From positions 1 through 64,000 of the forward strand of contig CBDCTA010000017.1 of assembly GCA_965221955.1 (NCBI GenBank): a stretch of 64,000 bases of DNA. Direction: 5' to 3'. The translations under genes and the position numbers were made by a program. Positions within the stretch are counted from its first letter, which is position 1. Each line of letters begins with the position of its first letter. Of the stretch, positions 24,030 to 34,179 are shown one piece after another. The notes beneath the pieces are model-generated. The model was not told where the DNA came from. It saw only the letters and a list, made by a program, of their open reading frames with translations, and searched no databases. The stretch is from Gammaproteobacteria bacterium. GTDB taxonomy: Bacteria; Pseudomonadota; Gammaproteobacteria; UBA4575.

Positions 24030-25088
24030 CTAGCTGTGACTATTAAGTGCTTCGCCTAAAAGCTTAGCAGTTAGATCCACAATGGGTATTACTCTTTCGT
24101 AAGACATGCGCGTGGGTCCAACTACTGCTAATACGCCCATAATCTCATCATCTACCGTATAGGGTGAGGTCACTACGCTGCAATCATCCAAGGCTTTGTG
24201 CCCCGATTCCTGGCCAATAAATATTTGTATACCTTCCGCACATATACATCGATCTAACAAGTTTAAAAACTCTCGCTTTTGATTAAAAGCATCAAATAAT
24301 CCTCGTAATTTATAGATATCTGACAACTCTTCGTATTCCATCAAATTGGTTTGTCCGACAACTACATAATCTGGTTTACCGCTATTCGTGTCAGAAAATA
24401 TTTTTTCACCCATCTCTACTGCTGAACGCATGAGCTCATTCATATTTTCACGTACATGGTCGAGTTCTTGCAAAATTTTCTGACGTGCTACAATTAAGTC
24501 TTGGCCAGCACATAATTCATTTAAGTAGTTTGCAGCTTGTTGTAGCTCTGATGGACTGTATTCGCGATCGGTGTGAATAATACGATTCTGAACTTCTTTT
24601 TGATTCACAATCAAAATAGCTAACACGCGTTGATCTGATAAAGGTAAAAACTCTATCTGTCTTAATTCAACACGCTCATGTTTCGGCAAAGTAACTACAC
24701 CTGCCATACTGGTTAATCCAGAAAGTAAGCCTGATGCGCTTTCAACCAAACCACTCATACTTAAATTTGGCTGCAAATCTTTTGACACGCGTTTCACCAC
24801 ATCAGAAGTAAGTGGTTGCACAGTTAGCATTGTGTCTACAAATAACCGATAACCTTTAGTAGTTGGTACGCGACCCGAAGAAGTATGTGGAGACTCAACA
24901 AAACCCAACTCTTCTAAATCTGCCATTACATTTCGAATGGTAGCTGGACTGACATCTAAATCGGACATTTTTGCCAGATTGCGTGAACCCATGGGGTGGC
25001 CATCTGAAATATAACTTTGCACCAACACTTTTAATAAGTGCTGCGCACGTTCATTCAGCGATTTACTAAGATCTTCACTTGAACTCAT
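24030..25088 (-). CDS. hrcA: heat-inducible transcription repressor HrcA
   Basis: SPATIRNVMADLEELG, PHTSSGRVPT, VVGPTRM. Confidence 0.97.
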   Translation of the reverse strand: MSSSEDLSKSLNERAQHLLKVLVQSYISDGHPMGSRNLAKMSDLDVSPATIRNVMADLEELGFVESPHTSSGRVPTTKGYRLFVDTMLTVQPLTSDVVKRVSKDLQPNLSMSGLVESASGLLSGLTSMAGVVTLPKHERVELRQIEFLPLSDQRVLAILIVNQKEVQNRIIHTDREYSPSELQQAANYLNELCAGQDLIVARQKILQELDHVRENMNELMRSAVEMGEKIFSDTNSGKPDYVVVGQTNLMEYEELSDIYKLRGLFDAFNQKREFLNLLDRCICAEGIQIFIGQESGHKALDDCSVVTSPYTVDDEIMGVLAVVGPTRMSYERVIPIVDLTAKLLGEALNSHS

Positions 25089-25139
25089 AGTTTGAAGACA
25101 GCATTCGTAGTCACCAGATACAGTGGTTAGGCTAAAAAT

Positions 25140-25166
25140 TTAGCACTCAAGACTAGAGAGTGCTAA
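25140..25166. promoter_or_regulatory. CIRCE operator
   Basis: Exact TTAGCACTC-N9-GAGTGCTAA, about 50 bp upstream of hrcA. Confidence 0.96.
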
Positions 25167-25295
25167 AAGTATAATTACAGCCTCACCATTACATGTCAAG
25201 AAAGTGTACTTGTTCCAGGGCTTGAGGCTCTCAGCCCATGGTGTCACTAGATAATCCATGATAGCTTTAATAAAAATCAAAGACATAGACCCATC

Positions 25296-26177
25296 GTGAG
25301 CCAATTTTCCAAAATCAGTATTCTCTCCAAACCTGATGATCCCAACATTGCTGACACCGTTCGCGCTTTGTACCAATATTTACAGGCACGAAACGTAGAA
25401 ATTTATGCAGATTCAGTTTCTGCATCTTTCCTAGATAAAGAACCCAGCAATCCTGAGGAGCTTGCAAGCAATAGTGATCTTGCCATTGTAGTAGGCGGTG
25501 ACGGAACCATTTTGCATGCCGCACATAGTTTGATTGAAAAAGAAATCCCTTTACTCGGTATAAACTTGGGGAGACTTGGATTTCTAGCAGAGATAAAGCC
25601 TAAGGATATTGAAGAGCAGCTCGACCAAATTCTTGCAGGCGACTATTCAGAAGAACGCCGTATTGTTTTACAAGCAAGTTTAATCCGTGAAGGTGACTCG
25701 ATTGGTACATGTTATGCCATTAATGATGTAGTAGTGCATGCTAAACAGATGGTACGCATGATCGAAATTGAATCACGTGTCAATGATAAATATGTAAACA
25801 CGCTTCGCGCAGATGGATATATCGTTGCCACACCAACGGGTTCTACAGCTTATGCTTTATCTGGTGGCGGTCCTATTTTACATCCCAGCATTGATGCTTT
25901 TGTTTTAGTTCCCATTTGTCCACATACCTTAAGTAATCGACCCATTGTAGTGGATGCCAATAGTCGAGTAGAAATTCTATTGTCCGAAGAGAACCGTCAC
26001 ACTGCTCTCGCATCTGTGGATGGCCAAATTGATATGGATTTTATGCCAGGTGATACCGTTGTAATCGAAAGAGCTAAACACGACTTAAGGCTCATTCAGC
26101 CTAAACATTATGACTACTTTGATGTATTGCGCGTAAAATTACGTTGGAGTGCTTCACCAGATAGCCATAAAAACTAA
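25296..26177 (+). CDS. nadK: NAD kinase
   Basis: GGDGT, GINLGRLGFL, NDVV, TPTGSTAYALSGGGP. Confidence 0.97.
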   Translation: MSQFSKISILSKPDDPNIADTVRALYQYLQARNVEIYADSVSASFLDKEPSNPEELASNSDLAIVVGGDGTILHAAHSLIEKEIPLLGINLGRLGFLAEIKPKDIEEQLDQILAGDYSEERRIVLQASLIREGDSIGTCYAINDVVVHAKQMVRMIEIESRVNDKYVNTLRADGYIVATPTGSTAYALSGGGPILHPSIDAFVLVPICPHTLSNRPIVVDANSRVEILLSEENRHTALASVDGQIDMDFMPGDTVVIERAKHDLRLIQPKHYDYFDVLRVKLRWSASPDSHKN

Positions 26178-26204
26178 TAGCTACTCATAGCTTTTCACAA
26201 GCCT

Positions 26205-27878
26205 ATGCTCAAATCCATTTTTATTAAAAACTTTGCCATTATTGATGAGTTAGAGTTAGATTTTTTTGATGGAATGAGCGTGCTTACAGGAGAAACTGGT
26301 GCAGGCAAATCTATTATTATTGATGCACTTAACCTCGCACTCGGTAATCGAGCAGATCGTTCCGTTGCGCGCTTAGAAAATAAAAACGTAGAAGTAATCG
26401 CTACACTTGATACTAACAGCAGCGAAGAAGCTGCAACCTGGCTTAAAGAACATGATCTCGATAACGATGATGAATGTGTTTTACGTCGTGTAATTAATGA
26501 AGATGGTAAATCTAAAGCTTATATCAACAGTACACCCTCATCAGCAACGGCTTTACGCAACCTTGGAAGCTTGTTTGTTGATGTGTATGGTCAACATGAG
26601 CATCAATCTTTAATGCGTACAGATATGCAACGCCAACTACTAGATGATTTTGCAGGAAACCGCAAAGACATTGACAAACTAAACTCGGTATATCGTCTTT
26701 GGCAAAGCTTAAAAAACCAATTGGAACTTGCCGAAACAAGCCAAGAAGATACCCAGGCAAAATTAGACTTGTTGCGTTATCAGTTTCAAGAACTAGAATC
26801 ATTGGACTTGCAAGATAATGAATTTGAAGAAATCAATGAAAGATTTATTCGCCTAAATAATTCTAAAGAGCTTAATGAAACAAGTTTGCGTATTTCGCAA
26901 CAACTTGCCGGTGATGATGAATCATCTGTTTACGACATGCTCAGCTCATCAATAAATGATATTGAAAAATATGCAGAACTTGACACACAACTAGAAGAAC
27001 CTTTAGATGCCTTACGTAATATTCATATACAAACTAAAGAAGTTGCCAATAGTTTGCGCAATTATTCTGAAAAAGTTTCTTCTGACCCTCAAGAATTACA
27101 AATTTTAGAAGATCGTATTACCGCTATTGAAGAAATTTCTCGAAAACATAAAGTAAAGCCACAAGAGCTCACTCTTATGCGTAAATCTATTGAAGAAGAG
27201 CTTAAAAACTTGGAAAGCGGTCACGAAGATCCTGAAAAAATCAAAATTTCCATGCAAGAAGCTGAACAATCTTATCGCACGATTGCAAAAAGAATTAGCA
27301 CAAGTCGCAAAAAAGCCGCTAACGAGTTAAATGAAAAAATAACAGAGTCAATGCAATCGCTTGGGATGCAAGGAGGCCGTTTTCATATTTCTGTAGAAGC
27401 AAAGAAATCAACTGCATTATCATTGAATGGTTTAGACGAAATACAATTTCTTGTGCATACTAATCCTGGCCAATCACTACGCCCCTTAAATAAAGTAGCA
27501 TCAGGCGGAGAACTTTCAAGATTAAGTCTTGCCATACAAATGGCAACCTCAAATAATTTGAAAATACCCACCTTGATTTTTGATGAAGTTGACACCGGTG
27601 TGGGTGGCGCAACCGCCGAAATGGTGGGTAAACATTTACGCAAACTAAGTAATAATGCACAAGTATTTTGTGTAACACACTTACCACAAGTCGCTGCACA
27701 ATCCCACCATCATTACAAAGTAGACAAGTTTGAAAAAAATGAATCGATTGCTACAAATATTTCGCATCTTACTGAAGAAGCTCGTATTGAAGAGATCGCT
27801 CGAATGCTAGGTGGCGTTGAACTAACTAAAAACACTCAGGAGCATGCCAAAGAAATGCTTCGACAAAGCAAACATTAA
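26205..27878 (+). CDS. recN: DNA repair protein RecN
   Basis: TGETGAGKS, ASGGELSR, IFDEVDTGVGG, VTHLPQVAA. Confidence 0.97.
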   Translation: MLKSIFIKNFAIIDELELDFFDGMSVLTGETGAGKSIIIDALNLALGNRADRSVARLENKNVEVIATLDTNSSEEAATWLKEHDLDNDDECVLRRVINEDGKSKAYINSTPSSATALRNLGSLFVDVYGQHEHQSLMRTDMQRQLLDDFAGNRKDIDKLNSVYRLWQSLKNQLELAETSQEDTQAKLDLLRYQFQELESLDLQDNEFEEINERFIRLNNSKELNETSLRISQQLAGDDESSVYDMLSSSINDIEKYAELDTQLEEPLDALRNIHIQTKEVANSLRNYSEKVSSDPQELQILEDRITAIEEISRKHKVKPQELTLMRKSIEEELKNLESGHEDPEKIKISMQEAEQSYRTIAKRISTSRKKAANELNEKITESMQSLGMQGGRFHISVEAKKSTALSLNGLDEIQFLVHTNPGQSLRPLNKVASGGELSRLSLAIQMATSNNLKIPTLIFDEVDTGVGGATAEMVGKHLRKLSNNAQVFCVTHLPQVAAQSHHHYKVDKFEKNESIATNISHLTEEARIEEIARMLGGVELTKNTQEHAKEMLRQSKH

Positions 27879-27879
27879 A

Positions 27880-28371
27880 ATGAATTATTTAAAAATCTTA
27901 ACTATTATATTCTCACTCATCTTTTTGACTGCATGTGGAAGCAGATTGCTAACCGTACATAAGATTGATGTGCAACAAGGCAATGCCTTAGACTCCGAAA
28001 AGGTAGACAAAATCACAATTGGGATGAGCCAAGAGCAAGTTAGGTATGTATTAGGTAGCCCAATAATTTCCGACAGCTTTCACCCTGATCGATGGGATTA
28101 TGTTTACTTTTTTCTTCCAGGTTACGGCGAAAAACAGCGCAAACAGCTGACACTAATATTTGACCGTGGCGAAGTCATCGAAATTGCAAAACATAATATT
28201 ATTGAAGGTAGCGGTGCCGGACTTAAAAACGAGGAAGAGGGTAGTGGTAACGATGTCAATAAAGAAGAAGAACATCTCAGTGAACGAGAGAAGAAAGAGC
28301 TTGAGAAAGCTGAAAAACAAGCCTCTTCTTTAGAAGAAGCTTTGGAAACCAATAAAAATCCAGATAATTAA
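27880..28371 (+). CDS. bamE: outer membrane assembly lipoprotein BamE with charged C-terminal extension
   Basis: Lipobox LTAC, IDVQQGN, GMSQEQVRYVLGSP, RWDYVY; ATG 27880 chosen. Confidence 0.9.
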   Translation: MNYLKILTIIFSLIFLTACGSRLLTVHKIDVQQGNALDSEKVDKITIGMSQEQVRYVLGSPIISDSFHPDRWDYVYFFLPGYGEKQRKQLTLIFDRGEVIEIAKHNIIEGSGAGLKNEEEGSGNDVNKEEEHLSEREKKELEKAEKQASSLEEALETNKNPDN

Positions 28372-28448
28372 ACAAGAGCAAAAAAATTAAATATGCTCAA
28401 CAAATAAAATTACTCTTTCATGAAAATTAGCATTTCATCAGTGTAGAG

Positions 28449-28877
28449 TTACTCGCAATCCCCTATTCGTTGACCTACCCACTTGGTGCTCATTGTCACC
28501 ATTTGACCATTAAAGTCCGCCTGCATATCCATACCCCCCGTAATCGAATCACCAGAAGATTGTGCATGCCCATTACCAGTCATGGTAACACCTTGGTTGG
28601 CACAATTAATCGTCCACTGCATTGAATTTGCATCTACACTTGAATTGGTCACTTCGCAACCATCAGTATCATCCATCATAGTGTCAGGTGATATTTCAGA
28701 CTCATCAATGCATTCTTGTGAAACATTTTCGTGCGTGCCCCCTGGGCTGGTGACAACGCTTTTAGTCTCCCACAAACCAGGCTCAACCTGCATACCACTA
28801 GCAGTGACAATGCCTAATAAACTTAGACTGAAATAAATACAAATGATTGTAATAAGTTTATTAGTTAATTTTGACAT
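28449..28877 (-). CDS. DUF3617-like secreted protein
   Basis: PGLWETK, paired cysteines, C-terminal RIGDC. Confidence 0.75.
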   Translation of the reverse strand: MSKLTNKLITIICIYFSLSLLGIVTASGMQVEPGLWETKSVVTSPGGTHENVSQECIDESEISPDTMMDDTDGCEVTNSSVDANSMQWTINCANQGVTMTGNGHAQSSGDSITGGMDMQADFNGQMVTMSTKWVGQRIGDCE

Positions 28878-28959
28878 AAATAAACCTTGGTTAAACAAAA
28901 TCTTAAGTTACTTCATCAAACAAGCACATGCGTATTGGCACAAGTGTTTATTGAATTTC

Positions 28960-29256
28960 TTAAACTTCTTTTTGCAAATCTGCACGCGCACGACGTGCTT
29001 GCATTGGATCCACAATCAGTGGTCGATAAATTTCCACCCTATCATGCTCTTGCAATACTTGGTCCAATTGAACAATTTTACCATATATACCAAATGAATT
29101 TTTTAAGAGATCAATCTCCCCATATTTCTGCATAATCCCTGAGATTTCTATGGCTTGCCCAACATTACATTTTATAGGCACTTGTATTGTTATCACTTCC
29201 TGTTTGTCTGGAAGAGCGTATACAACAAACACAGAAATAAATTTTACATCAACCAT
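28960..29256 (-). CDS. ratB: RnfH/RatB family ubiquitin-like protein
   Basis: VVYALP, GIYGK, DRVEIYRPLIVDP..ARRARA. Confidence 0.9.
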   Translation of the reverse strand: MVDVKFISVFVVYALPDKQEVITIQVPIKCNVGQAIEISGIMQKYGEIDLLKNSFGIYGKIVQLDQVLQEHDRVEIYRPLIVDPMQARRARADLQKEV

Positions 29257-29680
29257 AAAGTTGACTCGCTCTTTGAGTAAATGCGGAAACTAATTTATTT
29301 GCAACTTGGGTAAAGATAGGACCCAGCGTTACTGAATACAAACGGTTTGAAAATGAAAATTCCATATCTAGCTCCACTTTACAAGACTTTTCATCCAACG
29401 TCTGAAATTTCCAAGTACCAATTAAATGTTTAAATGGGCCTTTAACTAAACGCATTACTATCTCTTTATTTTCTTCTAATTCATTACAAGTAGTAACGGA
29501 AGCGTGAATGCCTCGTTTAGCAAAACTCATAGTAGCTTCTATTTCTTCTACACTTTCCTTATGCACAGTCGTTTCTACACACCAAGGCACAAACTCTGGA
29601 TAGGAAGCTACATCATTCACCAAACGAAACATCTGTGCTGCAGTATATGGCAGCAATGCACTGCGTTGAACCTTAGTCAT
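29249..29680 (-). CDS. ratA: RatA/PasT (Coq10-like START domain) protein
   Basis: MFRLVNDVASYPEFVPWC, GPFKHL.G.W.F, AFTQRA.QLYG. Confidence 0.92.
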   Translation of the reverse strand: MTKVQRSALLPYTAAQMFRLVNDVASYPEFVPWCVETTVHKESVEEIEATMSFAKRGIHASVTTCNELEENKEIVMRLVKGPFKHLIGTWKFQTLDEKSCKVELDMEFSFSNRLYSVTLGPIFTQVANKLVSAFTQRASQLYG

Positions 29681-29685
29681 AAAAA

Positions 29686-31083
29686 TTACGTAAGGTTAAA
29701 CTTCTCCAAAATACCTAAAACATGCAAGAAAATAATTATCACGCCAATAGGGGTGACATATCTCGCTAAAAAGCGCCACAAATTATACGCACCAGCGTGT
29801 TTAATTTTTAATTCATCATGTCGTGACTCTTCTGTCATTATCCAGGCTGCAAAAATACAAATTAAAATTCCACCAAGTGGCAGCATGATGTTTGAAGTTA
29901 AATAATCCAACAAATCAAAAAATGATTTACCCTCTAAAAACGTACCATTAAATACTTCAATTTTTTTCCAATTATTAAATGAGTAAACCGTACCCAGACC
30001 AAATATCCAAGTCACTACACCACAAATTATGGAAGACGTTAGTCGCGAAATAGAAAATTTTTCGATCAGCCAAGCTACTGCAGGTTCAATCAATGAGATT
30101 GCCGATGTCCATGCCGCGAACACTAATAAAACAAAGAAAATTGTGCCGAAAATTAAACCACCGGTCATTTGCCCAAACGCAAGCGGTAAGGTATTAAAAA
30201 TTAAACCTGGCCCTTGCCCTGCTTCTAAACCATTTGCTAATACAATTGGGAAAATAGCCATACCCGCTAAAATTGCAACTAAGGTGTCTGCAATCGCTAC
30301 TTGAAAGCTTGTCGTAGCAATGGAAGCGTTATCAGGCAAATAGGACCCATACATCATGATGGCCCCCATTCCTAGGCTTAAGCTAAAAAATGCCTGACCC
30401 ATTGCTTTTAACACCACCTCAGGGCTGAGTTTGCTGAAATCAGGGGCAAACAAAAATTTTAAACTCGCAATGAAATCGCCATGCAGCATGGCATAGCCGA
30501 TCATTACAATAATGAGTAAAAATAAAGTCGGCATGAGTATGCGTACTGCACTTTCTAGGCCTTTACTCACCCCGCGGACGACCACGATCATCGTCAGCAC
30601 AATAAACAAGGTATGCCAAAATAAAAGACGGTTCGGATTTGAAATTAGATTCGTAAATATTTCACCGGCTTTTTCAGCGGTTGCCCCTGTAAACGTTCCT
30701 CTTGCAGTGTCCAATACATATGAAAGTGCCCATCCAGCGATCACACTGTAATAAGAAAGAATCAAGAAACCTGCGAGCACTCCCATCAAACCAAGTAGGC
30801 GCCATGCTCCACTGCGGCCTTCATCTTGTGCTAACAAAGACATTGTATTAACTGGACTACTACGACCACGCCTTCCAATGAGCACTTCTGACATCATCAC
30901 TGGAATTCCAAAAAGTGCGATACAGATTAAATACAGTAAAACAAAAGCACCGCCACCATTTTCCCCTGCCATGTAAGGAAACTTCCAAATATTGCCCAAA
31001 CCCACTGCAGAACCGGCAGCCGCCAGCACGAAGGCAAAACGTGATGACCAGTAACCGTGGATAGAAGTTCTTATTGCTGCCAT
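29686..31083 (-). CDS. sodium-dependent transporter, NSS family
   Basis: AAAGSAVGLGNIWKFPY..GENGGGAF, GQAFFSLSLG. Confidence 0.93.
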   Translation of the reverse strand: MAAIRTSIHGYWSSRFAFVLAAAGSAVGLGNIWKFPYMAGENGGGAFVLLYLICIALFGIPVMMSEVLIGRRGRSSPVNTMSLLAQDEGRSGAWRLLGLMGVLAGFLILSYYSVIAGWALSYVLDTARGTFTGATAEKAGEIFTNLISNPNRLLFWHTLFIVLTMIVVVRGVSKGLESAVRILMPTLFLLIIVMIGYAMLHGDFIASLKFLFAPDFSKLSPEVVLKAMGQAFFSLSLGMGAIMMYGSYLPDNASIATTSFQVAIADTLVAILAGMAIFPIVLANGLEAGQGPGLIFNTLPLAFGQMTGGLIFGTIFFVLLVFAAWTSAISLIEPAVAWLIEKFSISRLTSSIICGVVTWIFGLGTVYSFNNWKKIEVFNGTFLEGKSFFDLLDYLTSNIMLPLGGILICIFAAWIMTEESRHDELKIKHAGAYNLWRFLARYVTPIGVIIIFLHVLGILEKFNLT

Positions 31084-31189
31084 ATGCTACTCACTCAACT
31101 GCTTTCTAAAAATTTAACTTCTTCTTGTAAATTATTGACATAAATAGATTATTATCGAATGCTTTGAGCAAATACACCATAATATCGAC

Positions 31190-31663
31190 ATGGCCAAGCC
31201 TAAGCATAAAACAGATAACACCATAGCCGTTAACAAAAAAGCCCGACATGATTATTTTATCGAGGAAAAAATTGAGGCAGGCTTAGTCTTAGAGGGCTGG
31301 GAAGTCAAAAGTCTACGCTCAAAAAGTGTGCAACTAAAAGAAAGCTACGTGCTGGTTAAAAATAGGGAGGCATGGCTATTAGGTGCTCACATTAGCCCAT
31401 TACCTTCAGCCTCTACACATAAATCAACCGACCCCACTCGTACACGTAAACTGCTTTTACACAAAAACGAATTAGCAAGGCTCATTGGTGCAGTCGAGCG
31501 AAAAGGATACACGATCGTACCTTTATCGATGTACTGGAAAAAAGGTAAGGCCAAGCTTGAAATTGGAATCGCGAAAGGCAAGCAGAAACAAGATAAACGC
31601 GCCAGTATCAAAGAACGAGACTGGCAACGAGACAAACAAAGAATTTTAAAACACAACCGATAA
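31190..31663 (+). CDS. smpB: SsrA-binding protein
   Basis: [34 protein letters not shown]. Confidence 0.98.
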   Translation: MAKPKHKTDNTIAVNKKARHDYFIEEKIEAGLVLEGWEVKSLRSKSVQLKESYVLVKNREAWLLGAHISPLPSASTHKSTDPTRTRKLLLHKNELARLIGAVERKGYTIVPLSMYWKKGKAKLEIGIAKGKQKQDKRASIKERDWQRDKQRILKHNR

Positions 31664-31753
31664 GCCGAGCGCAATAACTGTTCTATTTTCAAGCAATACT
31701 TTCTTAAATTAGGTTAACCAAAGTATTTGCTAAGAAGTTATTTTAGCAGTAAA

Positions 31754-31978
31754 TTATTTTACTCCGCAGTTAAACACACCTGTCTTTGCTTCTTTTTGAG
31801 TCGCTTCAACACATTCCTCATATGAGCCGAATTCTCCGATCTCTCTGGAAGTTGATGAATTAGGCTTATCGTAGACCTCACCAACCCAATTACCGCCCGC
31901 TGTGCCTCCATCATCACCACAACCAAAAATAAAAAGTGATAAGGCAAATAAAGTGCAAACAAAAAGCTTATGTAACAT
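31754..31978 (-). CDS. small hypothetical lipoprotein
   Basis: Signal ending IFGC, two further cysteines; GGAG upstream. Confidence 0.65.
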   Translation of the reverse strand: MLHKLFVCTLFALSLFIFGCGDDGGTAGGNWVGEVYDKPNSSTSREIGEFGSYEECVEATQKEAKTGVFNCGVK

Positions 31979-32097
31979 GAAATCTCTCCACAATTAGGCG
32001 CAGTCTAGTTGCGCTTAAAGCTTGGGTTAGTTAGAAAGAGCAAAATGTAGCGAAATTCTAGCAAGTCGGCAACTGCTAAGAGCATGCATAAATTGAC

Positions 32098-32814
32098 TTA
32101 TTCAGCGTTTTCTTCAAGCCATACACAGCCTGACTCGCTTTCCTGCTGAATTTTATTTAGAAAGGCTTCATGCGCTTGTAACTCGCTCTCATCTGCATAA
32201 ATCACTTTGAGAGCCTCGCGGTCCCCATCAAGCCCTGCTCTTGATCGCTTACGTTGAGCTGCGTTATCAGCATTTGCAGATAAACTGAGAGTAGCTTGTC
32301 CACCGGTTAACGCTAAATATACATCTGCGAGTATCTGCGCATCTAGTAACGCACCGTGAAGCTCACGATGTGAATTATCGATTTCATACCGTTTACAAAG
32401 CGCATCTAGATTATTTTTTTGACCAGGATGCATCTTTCTTGCCATCTCAAGCGAATCAGTCACTTTACAGCAACTATTAATATCCGTAACGCTATGACCC
32501 ACTAGCGCTAATTCCGCATTGATAAACCCAACATCAAAACTTGCGTTGTGAATGATCAACTCAGTGTCTGCTATGAATTCAATAAAATCATCCGCAATAC
32601 TATGAAATTTAGGTTTGTCAGCAAGAAATTCTAAACTAATTCCATGCACTTCTTGTGCACCTGCATCGATCTCGCGCTCTGGATTAAGAAATTGATGAAA
32701 TTTTTGGTCTGTTGTGCGTCTGTGTAAAATCTCAACACAACCAATTTCAATAATTCGGTGCCCTTGCAAGACTTCTAAACCCGTAGTTTCAGTATCCAGA
32801 ACAACTTGACGCAT
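32098..32814 (-). CDS. dnaQ: DNA polymerase III epsilon subunit
   Basis: LDTETTG, HNASFD, HGALLDA. Confidence 0.97.
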   Translation of the reverse strand: MRQVVLDTETTGLEVLQGHRIIEIGCVEILHRRTTDQKFHQFLNPEREIDAGAQEVHGISLEFLADKPKFHSIADDFIEFIADTELIIHNASFDVGFINAELALVGHSVTDINSCCKVTDSLEMARKMHPGQKNNLDALCKRYEIDNSHRELHGALLDAQILADVYLALTGGQATLSLSANADNAAQRKRSRAGLDGDREALKVIYADESELQAHEAFLNKIQQESESGCVWLEENAE

Positions 32815-32848
32815 AAATCAATCCAAAAATTAAACGTGTATCGAACAA

Positions 32849-33295
32849 CTACAATAACAAATTATCGATCGCTTCATTCGCTAATTGATCCACTATTTCA
32901 TTTTCTGCATGACCACTATGCCCTTTCACCCATTCCCAAGTCACGCTATGTTTTTCAACCAACTTATCCAATTGTTTCCATAAATCTTCATTCTTAACCG
33001 GTTTTTTAGCAGCGGTTTTCCAACCATTGCGTTTCCAATTCGCCATCCACTGCTGAATTCCATCCATTAAATAGCGCGAATCTGTTGTTATATGTACGTT
33101 GCAAGGGCGTGTGAGTTTTTCCAAGGCAGACACTGCAGCCTGTAACTCCATGCGATTATTGGTCGTGAGCTCTTCAGCCCCCTGAAGTAAAGTTTCTTTC
33201 CCTCCATAGCGCAAAATAGCGCCCCAGCCCCCTGGCCCAGGATTCCCCCTACAGGCTCCGTCAGTGAAGATTTCGACGCGTTGTTCTGTTGGCAT
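32849..33295 (-). CDS. rnhA: ribonuclease HI
   Basis: [28 protein letters not shown]. Confidence 0.97.
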   Translation of the reverse strand: MPTEQRVEIFTDGACRGNPGPGGWGAILRYGGKETLLQGAEELTTNNRMELQAAVSALEKLTRPCNVHITTDSRYLMDGIQQWMANWKRNGWKTAAKKPVKNEDLWKQLDKLVEKHSVTWEWVKGHSGHAENEIVDQLANEAIDNLLL

Positions 33296-34043
33296 GCTGT
33301 CTTGCACTTGGTTCAGTTACATTCACTGGAATAATACGACGACGAGGCCGCCACGGTTGTGGCAGTGGTGTAAGAGTGAGTTCTCGTTTTTTTGCCACAA
33401 ATATCTGCAAACCACCAAAACTTCCAAAACCGACACGTTCAGCTTTGCTAATGAATTGCATACGTTGTTGAAAACGTAAATTTTGAATGGGCGGGCGCAT
33501 GCCCACATGTTCAATACTCATGACTTTAAAATCGAGTAATGAAAGCCAGTCTTTTATTCTCCTTGCAGTATAAAAATGTCCTGCCCAGGGTGCGCGCTGA
33601 CTACGCATGAAAATTAATTTGCTAAATCCCATCATGCTAATCGGATTAAAACCAATCATGACCAAATGTCCTTCAGAAATTAATACGCGATGTATTTCAC
33701 GCAACACCTGATGGGGCTCAGGCGAAAAATCTAAAGTATGCGGCAAAACAATGAGGTCCAAAGTGTCTTGAGAAAAGGGTAACGCTAAAGGGTTAGCCGC
33801 AACATTCCCTTGCTTAGTATCTAGCGTCATGTAAATTTTCTGACCGATTGTACTACTCGATAGTAAATCAAGCTCTTCTGATAAACCGCCAATCTGTAAA
33901 GCATGATAACCAAACAAACTAGGGAGTAATTGTTCTAATTTAGCCTGTAGCTCTTTGTATAAAATTTGTCCTGCTGGTGTTATATACCAGCCCTGCAATT
34001 GCTGTGTATATTTTGCATAATTAAACTGCACAGATTCTTTCAT
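33261..34043 (-). CDS. YafS-like class I SAM-dependent methyltransferase
   Basis: [17 protein letters not shown]...[16 protein letters not shown]; upstream of rnhA. Confidence 0.88.
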   Translation of the reverse strand: MKESVQFNYAKYTQQLQGWYITPAGQILYKELQAKLEQLLPSLFGYHALQIGGLSEELDLLSSSTIGQKIYMTLDTKQGNVAANPLALPFSQDTLDLIVLPHTLDFSPEPHQVLREIHRVLISEGHLVMIGFNPISMMGFSKLIFMRSQRAPWAGHFYTARRIKDWLSLLDFKVMSIEHVGMRPPIQNLRFQQRMQFISKAERVGFGSFGGLQIFVAKKRELTLTPLPQPWRPRRRIIPVNVTEPSARQHANRTTRRNLH

Positions 34044-34179
34044 GTGTTTTATTTTACCTTAAAACAAACATTTGTAACGTAAACTTTTCATACTAGATAA
34101 AGACCGCAGTAAATTTAATAAATTCATTTTTAAATTTAGTTGTTGAACTATTTATACAGTGTATTTATGCTTCGCGGCG

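Noticed and set aside
25140-25376. 78-aa ORF upstream of hrcA
   Set aside because: Antisense to the nadK start and ends in the CIRCE operator; no recognisable protein features.
31664-32097. tmRNA next to smpB
   Set aside because: No GGGG(C/A) 5' end, tag reading frame or TCCACCA 3' end visible.
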